In this document: positions 1 to 8,975 of the stretch, one piece after another
Layout: the number at the start of each line of letters is the position of its first letter
How positions within the stretch are numbered: the stretch's first letter is position 1
NCBI GenBank assembly: GCA_025352235.1
Contig: JANXTU010000403.1
Coordinates: 1-63,794, forward strand
Origin: Fimbriiglobus sp.
GTDB taxonomy: Bacteria; Planctomycetota; Planctomycetia; Gemmatales; Gemmataceae
DNA: 63,794 nt
Reading direction: 5' to 3'
Made by a program: the position numbers and the translations under genes
The notes under the pieces: model-generated
Databases searched by the model: none
Told to the model about the DNA's origin: nothing
The model's input: only the letters and a program-made list of their open reading frames with translations

Positions 1-2
1 GC

Positions 3-119
3 TACCTGGCCCGCGCGAGCGACCCGCCACCCGGGAACATGGTCGTCTGGCGTGGCCTCACCCGACTCGCCGACATCCTTCTCGGGTTCGAGTTGGACAG
101 ACAAGTTGTGGGTAATTGA
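3..119 (+). CDS. 3' end of an unidentified gene running off the window start (partial)
   Basis: Frame 3 reads YLARASDPPPGNMVVWRGLTRLADILLGFELDRQVVGN* with TGA at 117-119. About 30 of 38 codons end in G/C, like the confident genes here. No family recognised. Confidence 0.3.
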   Translation, partial: YLARASDPPPGNMVVWRGLTRLADILLGFELDRQVVGN

Positions 120-200
120 AAGATTCGCCGGACGTTTACGGTGTACTGTAATCCGGCGCGAAAATGGTAGTACCTTCCAATCACACAATTGGAGCGGGAC

Positions 201-1232
201 ATGGAACATCGCCAACTCGGTCGTTCGGGCTTCCTGGTCCCGGTGCTCAGCTTGGGCACCGGCACCTTCGGCGGCAGCGGGGAGTTCTTCAAAGCCTGGG
301 GCGACACGGACGCAAAGGGTGCGGCCAAACTCATCGACGTTTGTCTCGACGCTGGGCTGAACTTCTTCGACTCCGCCGACATTTACTCCGGCGGACTCGC
401 GGAAGAAGTGTTGGGCACCGCCATCCAAGGCCGGCGGGACAAGGTGCTGATTTCCACCAAGGCGACCTTCCGCAGCGGGGAAGGGCCGAACGATGTCGGC
501 TCGTCGCGCTTCCACATCGTGAAGTCGTGCGAGGCCGCTCTCAAAAGACTCGGCACCGACTACATCGATCTTTATCAGATGCACGCCTTCGACGCAATGA
601 CGCCGCCCGAAGAAACACTCGGGGCGCTCGACCACCTCGTGAAGGCCGGGAAAGTGCGCTACATCGGCTGCTCAAACTATTCCGGCTGGCACCTGATGAA
701 ATCGCTGGCGACATCGGAGCGCTACAATCTTCACCGTTATGTCGCGCACCAAGCCTACTATTCGCTCATCGGTCGCGACTATGAATGGGAACTGATGCCC
801 TTGGGATTGGATCAAGGCGTCGGCGCCGTCGTCTGGAGTCCGCTCGGCTGGGGCCGGCTCACGGGCAAGATTCGCCGGGGTCAACCGCTGCCGTCGTCGA
901 GCCGGTTGAACAACACGGTCGTCAACGAAAAGGGGCCGCAGGTGAGCGACGAATATCTATACGCCGTCGTCGATGCCCTCGATGCGGTGGCCAAGGATAC
1001 GGGTAAAACCGTCCCGCAGATCGCGCTCAATTGGCTGCTGCAACGCCCGACCGTGGCCAACGTCATCGTCGGTGCCCGCGATGAAACACAGTTGAAGGAA
1101 AACCTTGGCGCCATCGGCTGGAAGCTAACCTCCGAACAGATCGCCACGCTCGACGCGGCCAGCGCGACGCCGAAGACGTATCCCTACTGGCACCAAGCCG
1201 GTTTCTCGGAACGCAATCCATTCCCTGTCTAA
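201..1232 (+). CDS. aldo/keto reductase family oxidoreductase
   Basis: N-terminus MEHRQLGRSGFLVPVLSLGTGTFGG plus DSADIYSGG, LYQMHAFD and GCSNY blocks are typical of AKRs. GGAG at 191-194 precedes ATG 201; the ORF track starts at the upstream TTG 189. Confidence 0.9.
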   Translation: MEHRQLGRSGFLVPVLSLGTGTFGGSGEFFKAWGDTDAKGAAKLIDVCLDAGLNFFDSADIYSGGLAEEVLGTAIQGRRDKVLISTKATFRSGEGPNDVGSSRFHIVKSCEAALKRLGTDYIDLYQMHAFDAMTPPEETLGALDHLVKAGKVRYIGCSNYSGWHLMKSLATSERYNLHRYVAHQAYYSLIGRDYEWELMPLGLDQGVGAVVWSPLGWGRLTGKIRRGQPLPSSSRLNNTVVNEKGPQVSDEYLYAVVDALDAVAKDTGKTVPQIALNWLLQRPTVANVIVGARDETQLKENLGAIGWKLTSEQIATLDAASATPKTYPYWHQAGFSERNPFPV

Positions 1233-1248
1233 TTCGATTTGGAACACC

Positions 1249-2322
1249 ATGGCTTCGGCTCAGCTTTTCGAACCGCTCACGCTCCGCTCGGTGACGTTCC
1301 GCAACCGCATCGGGGTGTCGCCGATGTGCCAGTACAGTTGCACCGACGGGCTCGTCGGCGATTGGCACCTCGTGCACTTGGGTTCTCGCGCCATCGGCGG
1401 CGCGGGGCTCGTGATGGCCGAAGCCACTGCGGTCACTGCGGGGGGGCGTATTTCCCCCGGCGACACCGGCATTTGGAACGACGTGCAAAAAGAAGCATGG
1501 GAGAAAGTCGCCGGGTTCATTGCGGAACACGGCGCCGTGCCGGGGATACAACTCGCTCACGCGGGTTGGAAAGGATCGACCGCCGCGCCGTGGAAAGGCG
1601 GTAAAGCCGTTTCTGCGGCCGACGGCGGTTGGCAGCCCATCGGCGTTGGGGATGTTCCGTTCACCGATGGGTATCCCACTCCGAAAGCGATGTCCGAAAC
1701 CGACATCGACCGGGCCTGCGAAGCGTGGCACAGCGCGGCGGTCCGCGCCGTTGAAGCCGGGTTCCAGGTCATCGAAATCCACGCGGCGCACGGATACTTG
1801 TTCAACAGCTTTCTTTCGCCGCTGACCAACCACCGGACCGATGCCTATGGCGGGTCGTTCGAGAACCGCGCGAGATTCCTCCTCCGCGTGACGAACGATC
1901 TCCGCGCGACGATCCCGGCCGGGATGCCGCTGTTCGTCCGCTTGTCGTGCGTCGACTGGGTCGACGGCGGCTGGGCCCTCGACGACTCCATCCGACTCGC
2001 GATCCAGTTGAAGGAACTCGGCGTCGACCTCGTCGATTGCAGTTCCGGCGCGGTCAGTCCGACCGCGAAGATCCCCGTCGGCCCTGGATATCAAACCGCC
2101 TTCGCCGCTGCGATCCGGGCGCAGGCGAAGATTCCCACCGCCGCCGTGGGTATGATCAACGAGGCGCACCAAGCCGAGACGATCCTCCGCAGCGGCCAAG
2201 CCGATATGGTGTTTCTCGCGCGCGAAATGCTGCGCGACCCATACTGGCCCGGCCGTGCGGCCAAGGCACTCGGGGTCAAAACCGAAGGCTTGCTGCCCGT
2301 GCAATACGGGCGGGCTTGGTGA
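1249..2322 (+). CDS. NADH:flavin oxidoreductase, Old Yellow Enzyme family (YqjM/NamA-like)
   Basis: OYE signature blocks are present: FRNRIGVSPMCQY, GAGLVMAEAT, IQLAHAGWKGS, EIHAAHGYLFNSFLSPLTN, DMVFLAREMLRDPYW. Confidence 0.9.
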   Translation: MASAQLFEPLTLRSVTFRNRIGVSPMCQYSCTDGLVGDWHLVHLGSRAIGGAGLVMAEATAVTAGGRISPGDTGIWNDVQKEAWEKVAGFIAEHGAVPGIQLAHAGWKGSTAAPWKGGKAVSAADGGWQPIGVGDVPFTDGYPTPKAMSETDIDRACEAWHSAAVRAVEAGFQVIEIHAAHGYLFNSFLSPLTNHRTDAYGGSFENRARFLLRVTNDLRATIPAGMPLFVRLSCVDWVDGGWALDDSIRLAIQLKELGVDLVDCSSGAVSPTAKIPVGPGYQTAFAAAIRAQAKIPTAAVGMINEAHQAETILRSGQADMVFLAREMLRDPYWPGRAAKALGVKTEGLLPVQYGRAW

Positions 2323-2325
2323 ATC

Positions 2326-4116
2326 ATGGCCCGCACCCGCTCGCTCGAGACCAACGCCGTCCCCGCCAAGCTGACCCGCGCCGGGTTGCGCGAAGCGCTG
2401 CGGCTGTTCGCGTACCTGCTGCGCTATCGCTGGCGCTTCCTTGGCGCCATGTCGGCCCTGTTCGCCACGAGTTTGCTCGGGTTGACGTTTCCGTTCCTCG
2501 CGGGGCGGTTGATCGACGCGGCCGGGCCGAACCCGAGCGAAACCCTCGACATCAACACCGCCGCCGGCCTGCTGTTCGTCGTACTGGCATTCCGCGCGGC
2601 CCTCTCCTTCGTCCAGACGTACTGGCTTGCGCAAGTCGGGGAACGCAGCCTCGCCGATCTGCGGCAAGACACCTATTCCCGGCTGCTCCATCTTCCACTG
2701 GGTTTCTTCGCCCAGCGCCGCGTTGGCGAGTTGTCGAGCCGCGTGGCCACCGATCTTTCGCAGATTCAAGATGCCCTCACGAGCGCCATCCCGACGCTGC
2801 TGCGGCAGGTCGTCATGCTGTCGGGCGGCGTCGTGCTGATCGCCCTGACCTCCGGGAAACTTACCCTCGTTATGCTGGCGTGCGTGCCGCCGATGGTCGC
2901 GGCCGCGGCGGTCTTCGGCCGGGCGGTGCGGAAGCTGTCGCGCGACGCGCAAGACAAACTCGCCGCGGCGAACGTGGTCGTCGAAGAGACCTTGCAAGGC
3001 ATCGCCGGGGTCAAGGCCTATACCAACGAGCCGTTTGAAGAAGCCCGCTATCGCACCGGCATCGAAGGCGTCGTCGCGGCGGTGTTGAAGGGGGCCCTCT
3101 ACCGGGGGGCCTTTTCCGCGTTCGTGATTTTCGCTTTGTTCGGCGCCGTCGTACTCGTGCTCTGGTATGGGGCGAAGCTGCTGAAAGCCGGCGATCTCAG
3201 CATCGGCGAACTCACGCAATTCCTGTTCTACACGATGTACGTCGGTGGCGCGGTGGGGTCGTTCGCGGAACTGTACGCCCAACTCCAAAAGACCATCGGC
3301 GCGACCGAGCGCGTGCGCGAATTGCTGCGCGAACAACCCGAAGATGCGGGGCCGGCGGTCGAGTCGCCGCGGGCGGCCGGAGACATCGCGTTCGTGGATG
3401 TCGGCTTTGCTTATCCGTCGCGGGCGGAGGTGCCGGTGCTCGCCGGGTTGAATTTAGAAGCCCGCGCGGGCGAGCGCATCGCGCTCGTTGGCCCGAGCGG
3501 GGCGGGCAAATCGACCATCGTCTCGCTACTACTGCGTTTCTATGAACCGGACTCGGGCCGCATCCTCATCGATGGCCGCAATGCCCGTGAGATGCCGCTG
3601 CGCGGGCTGCGCGAGAACATGGCCATCGTCCCGCAGGACGTCTTCCTGTTCGGCGGCAGCATCGGCGAGAACATCGCCTACGGCAAACCCGGGGCGAGCC
3701 AAGCCGAGATCGAAACCGCCGCGAAGCAGGCGAACGCCCACGACTTCATCGCGAGCTTCCCGGAAGGCTACGCCACGCTCGTCGGCGAACGCGGCGTCAA
3801 GTTGTCGGGCGGTCAGCGGCAGCGGGTCGCCATTGCCCGGGCCATCCTGCGCGATCCGGCCATCCTGATTTTGGACGAAGCGACGAGTTCCCTCGATTCC
3901 GAGAGCGAACACCTCGTTCAGCTAGCCCTCGACGCTCTGATGCGCGGTCGGACGTCGGTGATCATCGCCCACCGGTTGTCCACGGTCCGCCGGGCGGATC
4001 GGATCTACGTCATCGACGACGGCCGGGTGATCGAAACCGGCACGCACGAAGAACTCTTCGCGCGCGAAGGCGGTAAGTACCGCACCTTGGTGGAGTTGCA
4101 ATTCGCACGCGATTGA
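2326..4116 (+). CDS. ABC exporter, fused permease and ATPase (MsbA/MdlB-like)
   Basis: N-terminal multi-helix TMD followed by Walker A GPSGAGKST, signature LSGGQRQRVAIARA, Walker B ILILDEATSSLD and H-loop IIAHRLST. Confidence 0.9.
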   Translation: MARTRSLETNAVPAKLTRAGLREALRLFAYLLRYRWRFLGAMSALFATSLLGLTFPFLAGRLIDAAGPNPSETLDINTAAGLLFVVLAFRAALSFVQTYWLAQVGERSLADLRQDTYSRLLHLPLGFFAQRRVGELSSRVATDLSQIQDALTSAIPTLLRQVVMLSGGVVLIALTSGKLTLVMLACVPPMVAAAAVFGRAVRKLSRDAQDKLAAANVVVEETLQGIAGVKAYTNEPFEEARYRTGIEGVVAAVLKGALYRGAFSAFVIFALFGAVVLVLWYGAKLLKAGDLSIGELTQFLFYTMYVGGAVGSFAELYAQLQKTIGATERVRELLREQPEDAGPAVESPRAAGDIAFVDVGFAYPSRAEVPVLAGLNLEARAGERIALVGPSGAGKSTIVSLLLRFYEPDSGRILIDGRNAREMPLRGLRENMAIVPQDVFLFGGSIGENIAYGKPGASQAEIETAAKQANAHDFIASFPEGYATLVGERGVKLSGGQRQRVAIARAILRDPAILILDEATSSLDSESEHLVQLALDALMRGRTSVIIAHRLSTVRRADRIYVIDDGRVIETGTHEELFAREGGKYRTLVELQFARD

Positions 4117-4198
4117 AGCGGATTTTAAGTCTTCGTATCCCGCAATCCCGGCTTGGCGCGAGTCTTGAGTCCAGCGAGAAGTCGCACACCCTCGCGTA

Positions 4199-4257
4199 GA
4201 CTCAACGCCCAAACGCTGGACTCAACGCCCAAACGCTGGACTCAACGCCCTAACGCT
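4199..4257. repeat. 20-bp tandem repeat, about 2.9 copies (CTCAACGCCCAAACGCTGGA)
   Basis: Units at 4201-4220 and 4221-4240 are identical. The third unit (4241-4257) is truncated with one mismatch. An inverted 12-mer, TTGAGTCCAGCG at 4165-4176, complements the unit junctions at 4214-4225 and 4234-4245. The repeat lies between convergent stop codons at 4116 and 4284. Confidence 0.85.
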
Positions 4258-4283
4258 CAGCAAAATTGAAATTCGCTCGAGTA

Positions 4284-6617
4284 CTACCGTCGCAAGATCA
4301 TTTCGTCCAAGTTCAACACGACGTTCATCGCGGTCGTCCAGGCGGCGAGTTCAGCGGCGATCGCATCTTTCGGCAAAGGCCCGATCGGGTTCGTCGCCAG
4401 TTCGGTCGCCTTCTTCGGGTCTTTTTCGAACTTTGCCTTCGACTCCTCGAAGAGTTTCACCAACACGGACAGTTCCTTGTCGGTAGGCACCCGGCTCAGG
4501 CAGGTGCGGAAGGCGATGGCCATCCGTTCGGACGTCGTGCCCGGCGTCGTGGCCACCTTGCGCCCCAGCGCTTGCGCCGCTTCGACGTAGACCGGGTCGT
4601 TGAGCGTCACGAGGGCTTGCAGCGGCGTGTTCGTGCGGATGCGGCGGACGGTGCAGGCCTCGCGGCTCGGGGCGTCGAAGGTCACCATGGAGGGGTACGG
4701 GCTGGCCCGGCGCCACTCGGTATAGAGCCCGCGGCGGAAACGATCTTCCCCGGCGCTTGGGGCCCAATCAAGGCCGCCGCCGAACGACGCCGTCAGCCCG
4801 CTGTTCGGCCGCAAGGGCCGGACCGACGGGCCGTGCATCTTGTCGCTGAGCAATCCGCTGACGAACAAAGCTTGATCGCGCACCATCTCGGCGCTCAGGC
4901 GGAAGCGCGGTCCCCGGGCGTAGTAGCGGTTGTCCGGGTCTTTCTCGATTTGGTCCGGCGTCACCTTGCTGCTCTGCCGGTATGCGGCGGTCGACACGAG
5001 CATTTTGAGAAACCTCTTGACATCCCAGCCTTGTTCGCGGAACTCTACGGCGAGCCAATCGAGCAATTCCGGGTGGCTCGGCAAGTCGCCCTGCGAGCCG
5101 AATTCTTCGGACGTCTTCACGAGGCCGGTGCCGAAGATTTGTTCCCAGAATCGATTGGTCGCGACGCGGGCCGTCAGCGGGTTCTCCGCCGAGACGAGCC
5201 AATTCGCGAGCGCGAGACGGTCGGCCGCAACCCCCTTCGGCAGCGGCGGGAATGCGGCGGGGACGCCTTCGGTCACAACGTCGCCGAGGTCGAGGAAGTT
5301 GCCCCGGTACTGGAGCTTGGTGATGCGTTTTTTGTCGGCTGGCAATTCTTTCAACACCGGGACCGAGACGGCGACGGGGATCGCTGCGAGTTCTTTCTTC
5401 AGCGATTCGACCTTGGCCTTCGCCGCGGGCTGATCGGCGCTCGCGGCGACTTTCAGCGCCTTCTCCGCTTCGGCCACCTTTTTGGTGAGTTCGACACGCT
5501 TGAGCCGGCGTTCTTCCGGTTCGGGTAGCGGATGGCGCGGCGTGTCGTCGCTGCGGTCGGCGTCGTCGGTTTGGTTCAAGATCGCATAGAGCCCGAAGTA
5601 TTCTTTTTGCGTGATCGGGTCGTACTTGTGGGTGTGGCACTGGGCGCACGCGGCCGAGGTGCCCATCCACACGGCCATGGTGGTGTTGACCCGGTCGACA
5701 ATGGCGGCGCTGCGGAACTCCTCGTCGGCGGTCCCGCCTTCATCGTTGGTCATCGTGTTGCGGTGGAAGGCGGTCGCGGTCAGTTGTTCATCCGTCGGCT
5801 TCGGCAACAGATCCCCGGCCAGTTGTTCGACGGTGAAGCGGTCGAATGGCTTGTTAGCATTTAAACTCTTGATGACGTAATCCCGATACGGCCAGATGAC
5901 CCGCGGCGAATCGGGGCCGTAGCCGGAACTGTCGGCGTAGCGGGCGAGGTCGAGCCACGTCCGGGCCCAGTGCTCGCCAAAGGCGGGCTTGGCCAACATC
6001 GCATCGACCATCGTGGCGTAAGCGTTCGCGCCGGAGTCCTTCAGAAAGGCGTCGACTTCTTTCAACGTCGGCGGCAATCCGGTCAGGTCGAGGGCGACCC
6101 GGCGGATCAAGGTGGGTCGGTCGGCTTCCGCTTGCGGTTTGAGGCCGAGCGCATTCAGTTTCGCCACGAGAAACGCATCAATTGAGCTCTTCGCTCCGTT
6201 TGAAGGAAGCGCCGGCCGCTCCGGCTTCACGTACGACCAATGCTGGGCGTACTTCGCCCCTTGCTCGATCCACGTCTTCAACGTGGCGACTTCCTTCGCC
6301 GTCAGATGCTTGCCGATGCGTTTCGGCGGCATCGATTCTGAATCGACCGCGTCGAGAACGACGCGCTTGAGGATTTCGCTTTTGTCCGGCTTGCCGGGAA
6401 CGAGCCCCATGGCGCTCCCGGTCTTGCCGGTGGCGCCGTCAAAGGTGTCGAGGCGCAGATCGCCTTTGCGGACTTTTTCATCCGGTCCGTGGCACGCATA
6501 ACAGTTGTTCGACAAGATCGGCCGGACATCGCGGTTGAAATCGACGGCCGGCTCGGCGGTTCGCGCGATGTTCGCAACGAAGAATGAGCCGACGAGTGCG
6601 AGGAGCATTCGGTTCAT
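4284..6617 (-). CDS. PSCyt1/DUF1549/DUF1553 (PSD1-type) planctomycete cytochrome-c-domain protein
   Basis: Signal peptide MNRMLLALVGSFFVANIARTAEP, then heme motif NNCYACHGPDEKVRKGDLRLD (PSCyt1). DUF1549-like block IDAFLVAKL...RRVALDLTGLPP and DUF1553-like block CAQCHTHKYDPITQKEYF follow. The start is chosen at Met24 of the 800-aa ORF. Confidence 0.9.
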   Translation of the reverse strand: MNRMLLALVGSFFVANIARTAEPAVDFNRDVRPILSNNCYACHGPDEKVRKGDLRLDTFDGATGKTGSAMGLVPGKPDKSEILKRVVLDAVDSESMPPKRIGKHLTAKEVATLKTWIEQGAKYAQHWSYVKPERPALPSNGAKSSIDAFLVAKLNALGLKPQAEADRPTLIRRVALDLTGLPPTLKEVDAFLKDSGANAYATMVDAMLAKPAFGEHWARTWLDLARYADSSGYGPDSPRVIWPYRDYVIKSLNANKPFDRFTVEQLAGDLLPKPTDEQLTATAFHRNTMTNDEGGTADEEFRSAAIVDRVNTTMAVWMGTSAACAQCHTHKYDPITQKEYFGLYAILNQTDDADRSDDTPRHPLPEPEERRLKRVELTKKVAEAEKALKVAASADQPAAKAKVESLKKELAAIPVAVSVPVLKELPADKKRITKLQYRGNFLDLGDVVTEGVPAAFPPLPKGVAADRLALANWLVSAENPLTARVATNRFWEQIFGTGLVKTSEEFGSQGDLPSHPELLDWLAVEFREQGWDVKRFLKMLVSTAAYRQSSKVTPDQIEKDPDNRYYARGPRFRLSAEMVRDQALFVSGLLSDKMHGPSVRPLRPNSGLTASFGGGLDWAPSAGEDRFRRGLYTEWRRASPYPSMVTFDAPSREACTVRRIRTNTPLQALVTLNDPVYVEAAQALGRKVATTPGTTSERMAIAFRTCLSRVPTDKELSVLVKLFEESKAKFEKDPKKATELATNPIGPLPKDAIAAELAAWTTAMNVVLNLDEMILRR

Positions 6618-6741
6618 GGAGAGGGGCGTCCGAAGGCGGGAGTGAGAATTCGATCTCATTGTGACCCGTCCGGACGTCTTGAGCAACGTCGAAATGCCGA
6701 TTGGGGCCGTGCCGCGAGTGGTCGTTTGCGCGGCGAGACCA

Positions 6742-7665
6742 TCACCGCGAGGGAGGCGCAGGCTCGCGGAGGTTCAGCCGCGGGCCTTGAACCGGGGTCA
6801 GTCCGAGATTTGGCTTCGTATCGTGCAGGTTCATCGGCTGCGACGCATGTTTCAAATCGACGATATTATCGGCCGAATCATGGCGGAGGCGCCCGTCGGC
6901 CATTTCGTAAACGCGGTCCGCATACGGCAGCAAGCGGGGGTCGTGCGTGACGACCAATACCGTCGCGCCGCCTTCGCGGGCCACGTCGTTGAGCAGTTCG
7001 ATGACTTGCTGGCCGTTCTCCCAGTCGAGGGCGCTGGTCGGCTCGTCGGCGAAGAGGAAACTCGGATTTTTGACGAGCGCCCGGCCGATGGCGACGCGTT
7101 GCTTCTCGCCGCCGGACAGTTCCAATGGGCGGAGATTCAATTTCTTGCTGAGTCCGAGTTGGCAAAGGACTTTTTCGGAGCGGAGACGCGCTTCGCGCTT
7201 CGAGCAGCCCTCGCCCCAACGCAGAACGATTTCGAGTTGCTGGCGGGCCGTCAAAGCCGGAAAGAGGTTGTACCCTTGGAACACGTAGCTGCAATGCCGT
7301 AGGCGGAAGCGTTCGAGTTCTTGTTCCGTCATGCGCCAAAGATCTTCGCCGAGGGCTTGCACGCGGCCGCCGTCGGGGCGGAGCAGGGCGGACAGCACGG
7401 CGAGGAGGGTCGATTTGCCGCTGCCGCTGGGCCCCATGAGCAGGTTCATCTCGCTGCGTCGCAAATCGAGCGAGACGTTGTTGATGGCGAAGGTTTTCCC
7501 TTCGCCCGAGCCGAAGCAACGCAGGAGTTCCATCCCTTGCAGAGTCGGTCCGGACCGGACGATCACCGCCGGAGCCCGGGGGCTATCGGATCGGGACGTT
7601 CGCGGAGCGGCTTTGCCCTCGGCGAACATCGCTCCGACGTGCGGTGAGTTGGACGACAACTGCAT
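6742..7665 (-). CDS. ABC transporter ATP-binding protein (MacB/LolD-like), no adjacent permease
   Basis: Walker A GPSGSGKSTLL, signature LSGGEKQRVAIGRAL, Walker B FLFADEPTSALD and H-loop VVTHD. The conserved domain begins near MELLRCFG, so an alternative start at 7533 is possible. Confidence 0.85.
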   Translation of the reverse strand: MQLSSNSPHVGAMFAEGKAAPRTSRSDSPRAPAVIVRSGPTLQGMELLRCFGSGEGKTFAINNVSLDLRRSEMNLLMGPSGSGKSTLLAVLSALLRPDGGRVQALGEDLWRMTEQELERFRLRHCSYVFQGYNLFPALTARQQLEIVLRWGEGCSKREARLRSEKVLCQLGLSKKLNLRPLELSGGEKQRVAIGRALVKNPSFLFADEPTSALDWENGQQVIELLNDVAREGGATVLVVTHDPRLLPYADRVYEMADGRLRHDSADNIVDLKHASQPMNLHDTKPNLGLTPVQGPRLNLREPAPPSR

Positions 7666-8013
7666 GGTGGCTCCTGGTGTAGTCGTTGTGTGGGGGCGTT
7701 CAGGTCGGCGCGGCAGTGGCGGAGTGACTTCCTTTCGGGTGTCTGCTCACAGGGTCATGGTTAGTATCGGCGGTTGATCCGTGTAAATCGAACGCGTTCC
7801 GCCGAATAGTGTGCGCGGTGCAACCCGATCATTATCCGAATTTAGCCCGGGAATGGCCAACGGAACGAGCGGAATTGGCAGATTTTCCAGATTGCCCAAT
7901 CTGCCGGGTACTTCTGGGGCAGCTCGCACGACTCAGCGGAAAATCTGAAAGGCGAGGGCATTGTCGCTCATTCCGATGTTGCGGATGATCGGACGACCGC
8001 CCCGAAAATATCG

Positions 8014-8844
8014 TCAAACTTTCGGAAACTTCGTTTTCAGCTCGGCCGTCCCGTCCGGCAGCGGCACTTTTTCGTAATCGCCGAACAGATTCGGACTGTC
8101 TTGAACCAGCAGGTCGAGCAAGACGTTTGCGAGTTTGCGGATTTCCGGCTCGGCGAAAGCACTGCCCCGCTGCTCAAGGAAATGCCGGAGCGCCCGAGCG
8201 TTGGCGGTTACGGTGATTTTCGTCTCGGTAGCGTTGGGCAATACGCTGCGGGCCGCTTGCCGGGCGGTTTTGCGGCGGGTCGTGCGGTCCGCGTCTGGCG
8301 GCAGCATCGCCGCCGCGGCGGCCGTAGGATCGGCCAGTTTCTCGTTCAGCTTTTCGGCCAACTTCACGTAGGCCCCGTGGACGTGGGCGATCGCGTCGGT
8401 CCAAATCGCGTGCAACTCCGGGTCGTCGGCGATGATGTCGGGTTCGACATACTCGGCCACCGATTCGTCCACATACCGTTGGCTGAGCTGGGAGTAGGCC
8501 CAACCGGCGCGGTGCCGGACGAGTTCGTGCGTGAGGCTCCGGCTGACCCCGGTAATCAACATTGTCCAGACGGCGTGCTCGAAGACCGAACCATGGCCCA
8601 CTTCTTTAATGTGCGTGAGGTACGCCTGATTCCCGCCGGGTCGCGGTTTGGCGAAACTCATGTAGCAGACCCGCCCGGCCGATTCGGTGACCACCTCCGA
8701 CGCGACCGAGCTGTCGCTGGTCCACGAGACGCCGTGATCGTCGAGGAAGCGGTCGAGTTCCCCTGGCACCAGCGTCTGTTTGCTTAGCAAATAGACGGTT
8801 GGTTTGCGGAGAATTTTGATTTCGGCGGGCGTCGGACTCGACAT
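8014..8844 (-). CDS. thyX: FAD-dependent thymidylate synthase
   Basis: ThyX motif RHRAGWAYSQLSQRY (RHRxxSxxxxSxR) is present, and length and context are typical of ThyX. Confidence 0.9.
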   Translation of the reverse strand: MSSPTPAEIKILRKPTVYLLSKQTLVPGELDRFLDDHGVSWTSDSSVASEVVTESAGRVCYMSFAKPRPGGNQAYLTHIKEVGHGSVFEHAVWTMLITGVSRSLTHELVRHRAGWAYSQLSQRYVDESVAEYVEPDIIADDPELHAIWTDAIAHVHGAYVKLAEKLNEKLADPTAAAAAMLPPDADRTTRRKTARQAARSVLPNATETKITVTANARALRHFLEQRGSAFAEPEIRKLANVLLDLLVQDSPNLFGDYEKVPLPDGTAELKTKFPKV

Positions 8845-8975
8845 GCTCGGGTCAACCTCGGATGAATCGGTGCGGCCATTTGCAATTTACGGACTGAGGG
8901 GCGGGCTGGCCCGCCGCCGCCGGCACAATTGGATCGACCCGGCAGACGGGGGAATGCGGGTCGACTCTTCCGGCT

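Noticed and set aside
2-382. 126-aa minus-strand ORF at the window start.
   Set aside because: It overlaps the start of the aldo/keto reductase gene and the likely 3' end of an upstream plus-strand gene. It has Ser/Pro/Arg-rich composition and no motif.
1063-3336. 757-aa ORF on the minus strand, antisense to the OYE and ABC exporter genes. Similar long antisense or overlapping ORFs occur at 9107-10153(-), 11208-12989(-), 23499-24716(-), 27765-29603(-), 28271-30724(+), 33388-34887(-), 42152-43447(-), 47229-48599(+), 55619-56731(-), 57033-58553(-) and 60474-61865(+).
   Set aside because: Their translations are Arg/Gly/Pro/Asp-rich low complexity with no family motifs. Each fully overlaps genes that have clear signatures on the other strand or frame. 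Such shadow ORFs are expected in about 65% G+C DNA because stop codons are rare.
4199-4257. Possible CRISPR array.
   Set aside because: There are only about 2.9 directly abutting 20-bp units with no spacers and no cas genes nearby. This is a simple tandem repeat.
7666-8013. The 348-bp gap between thyX and the ABC ATPase gene as a possible riboswitch, ncRNA or small ORF (60-61 aa ORFs at 7747-7929 and 7832-8017).
   Set aside because: I found only a 7-bp hairpin (GGCAGAT at 7877-7883 with ATCTGCC at 7899-7905) and a CCGAAA...TTTCGG pair straddling the thyX stop. The small ORFs have no coding-like features. The gap also shrinks or grows with the uncertain ATPase start.
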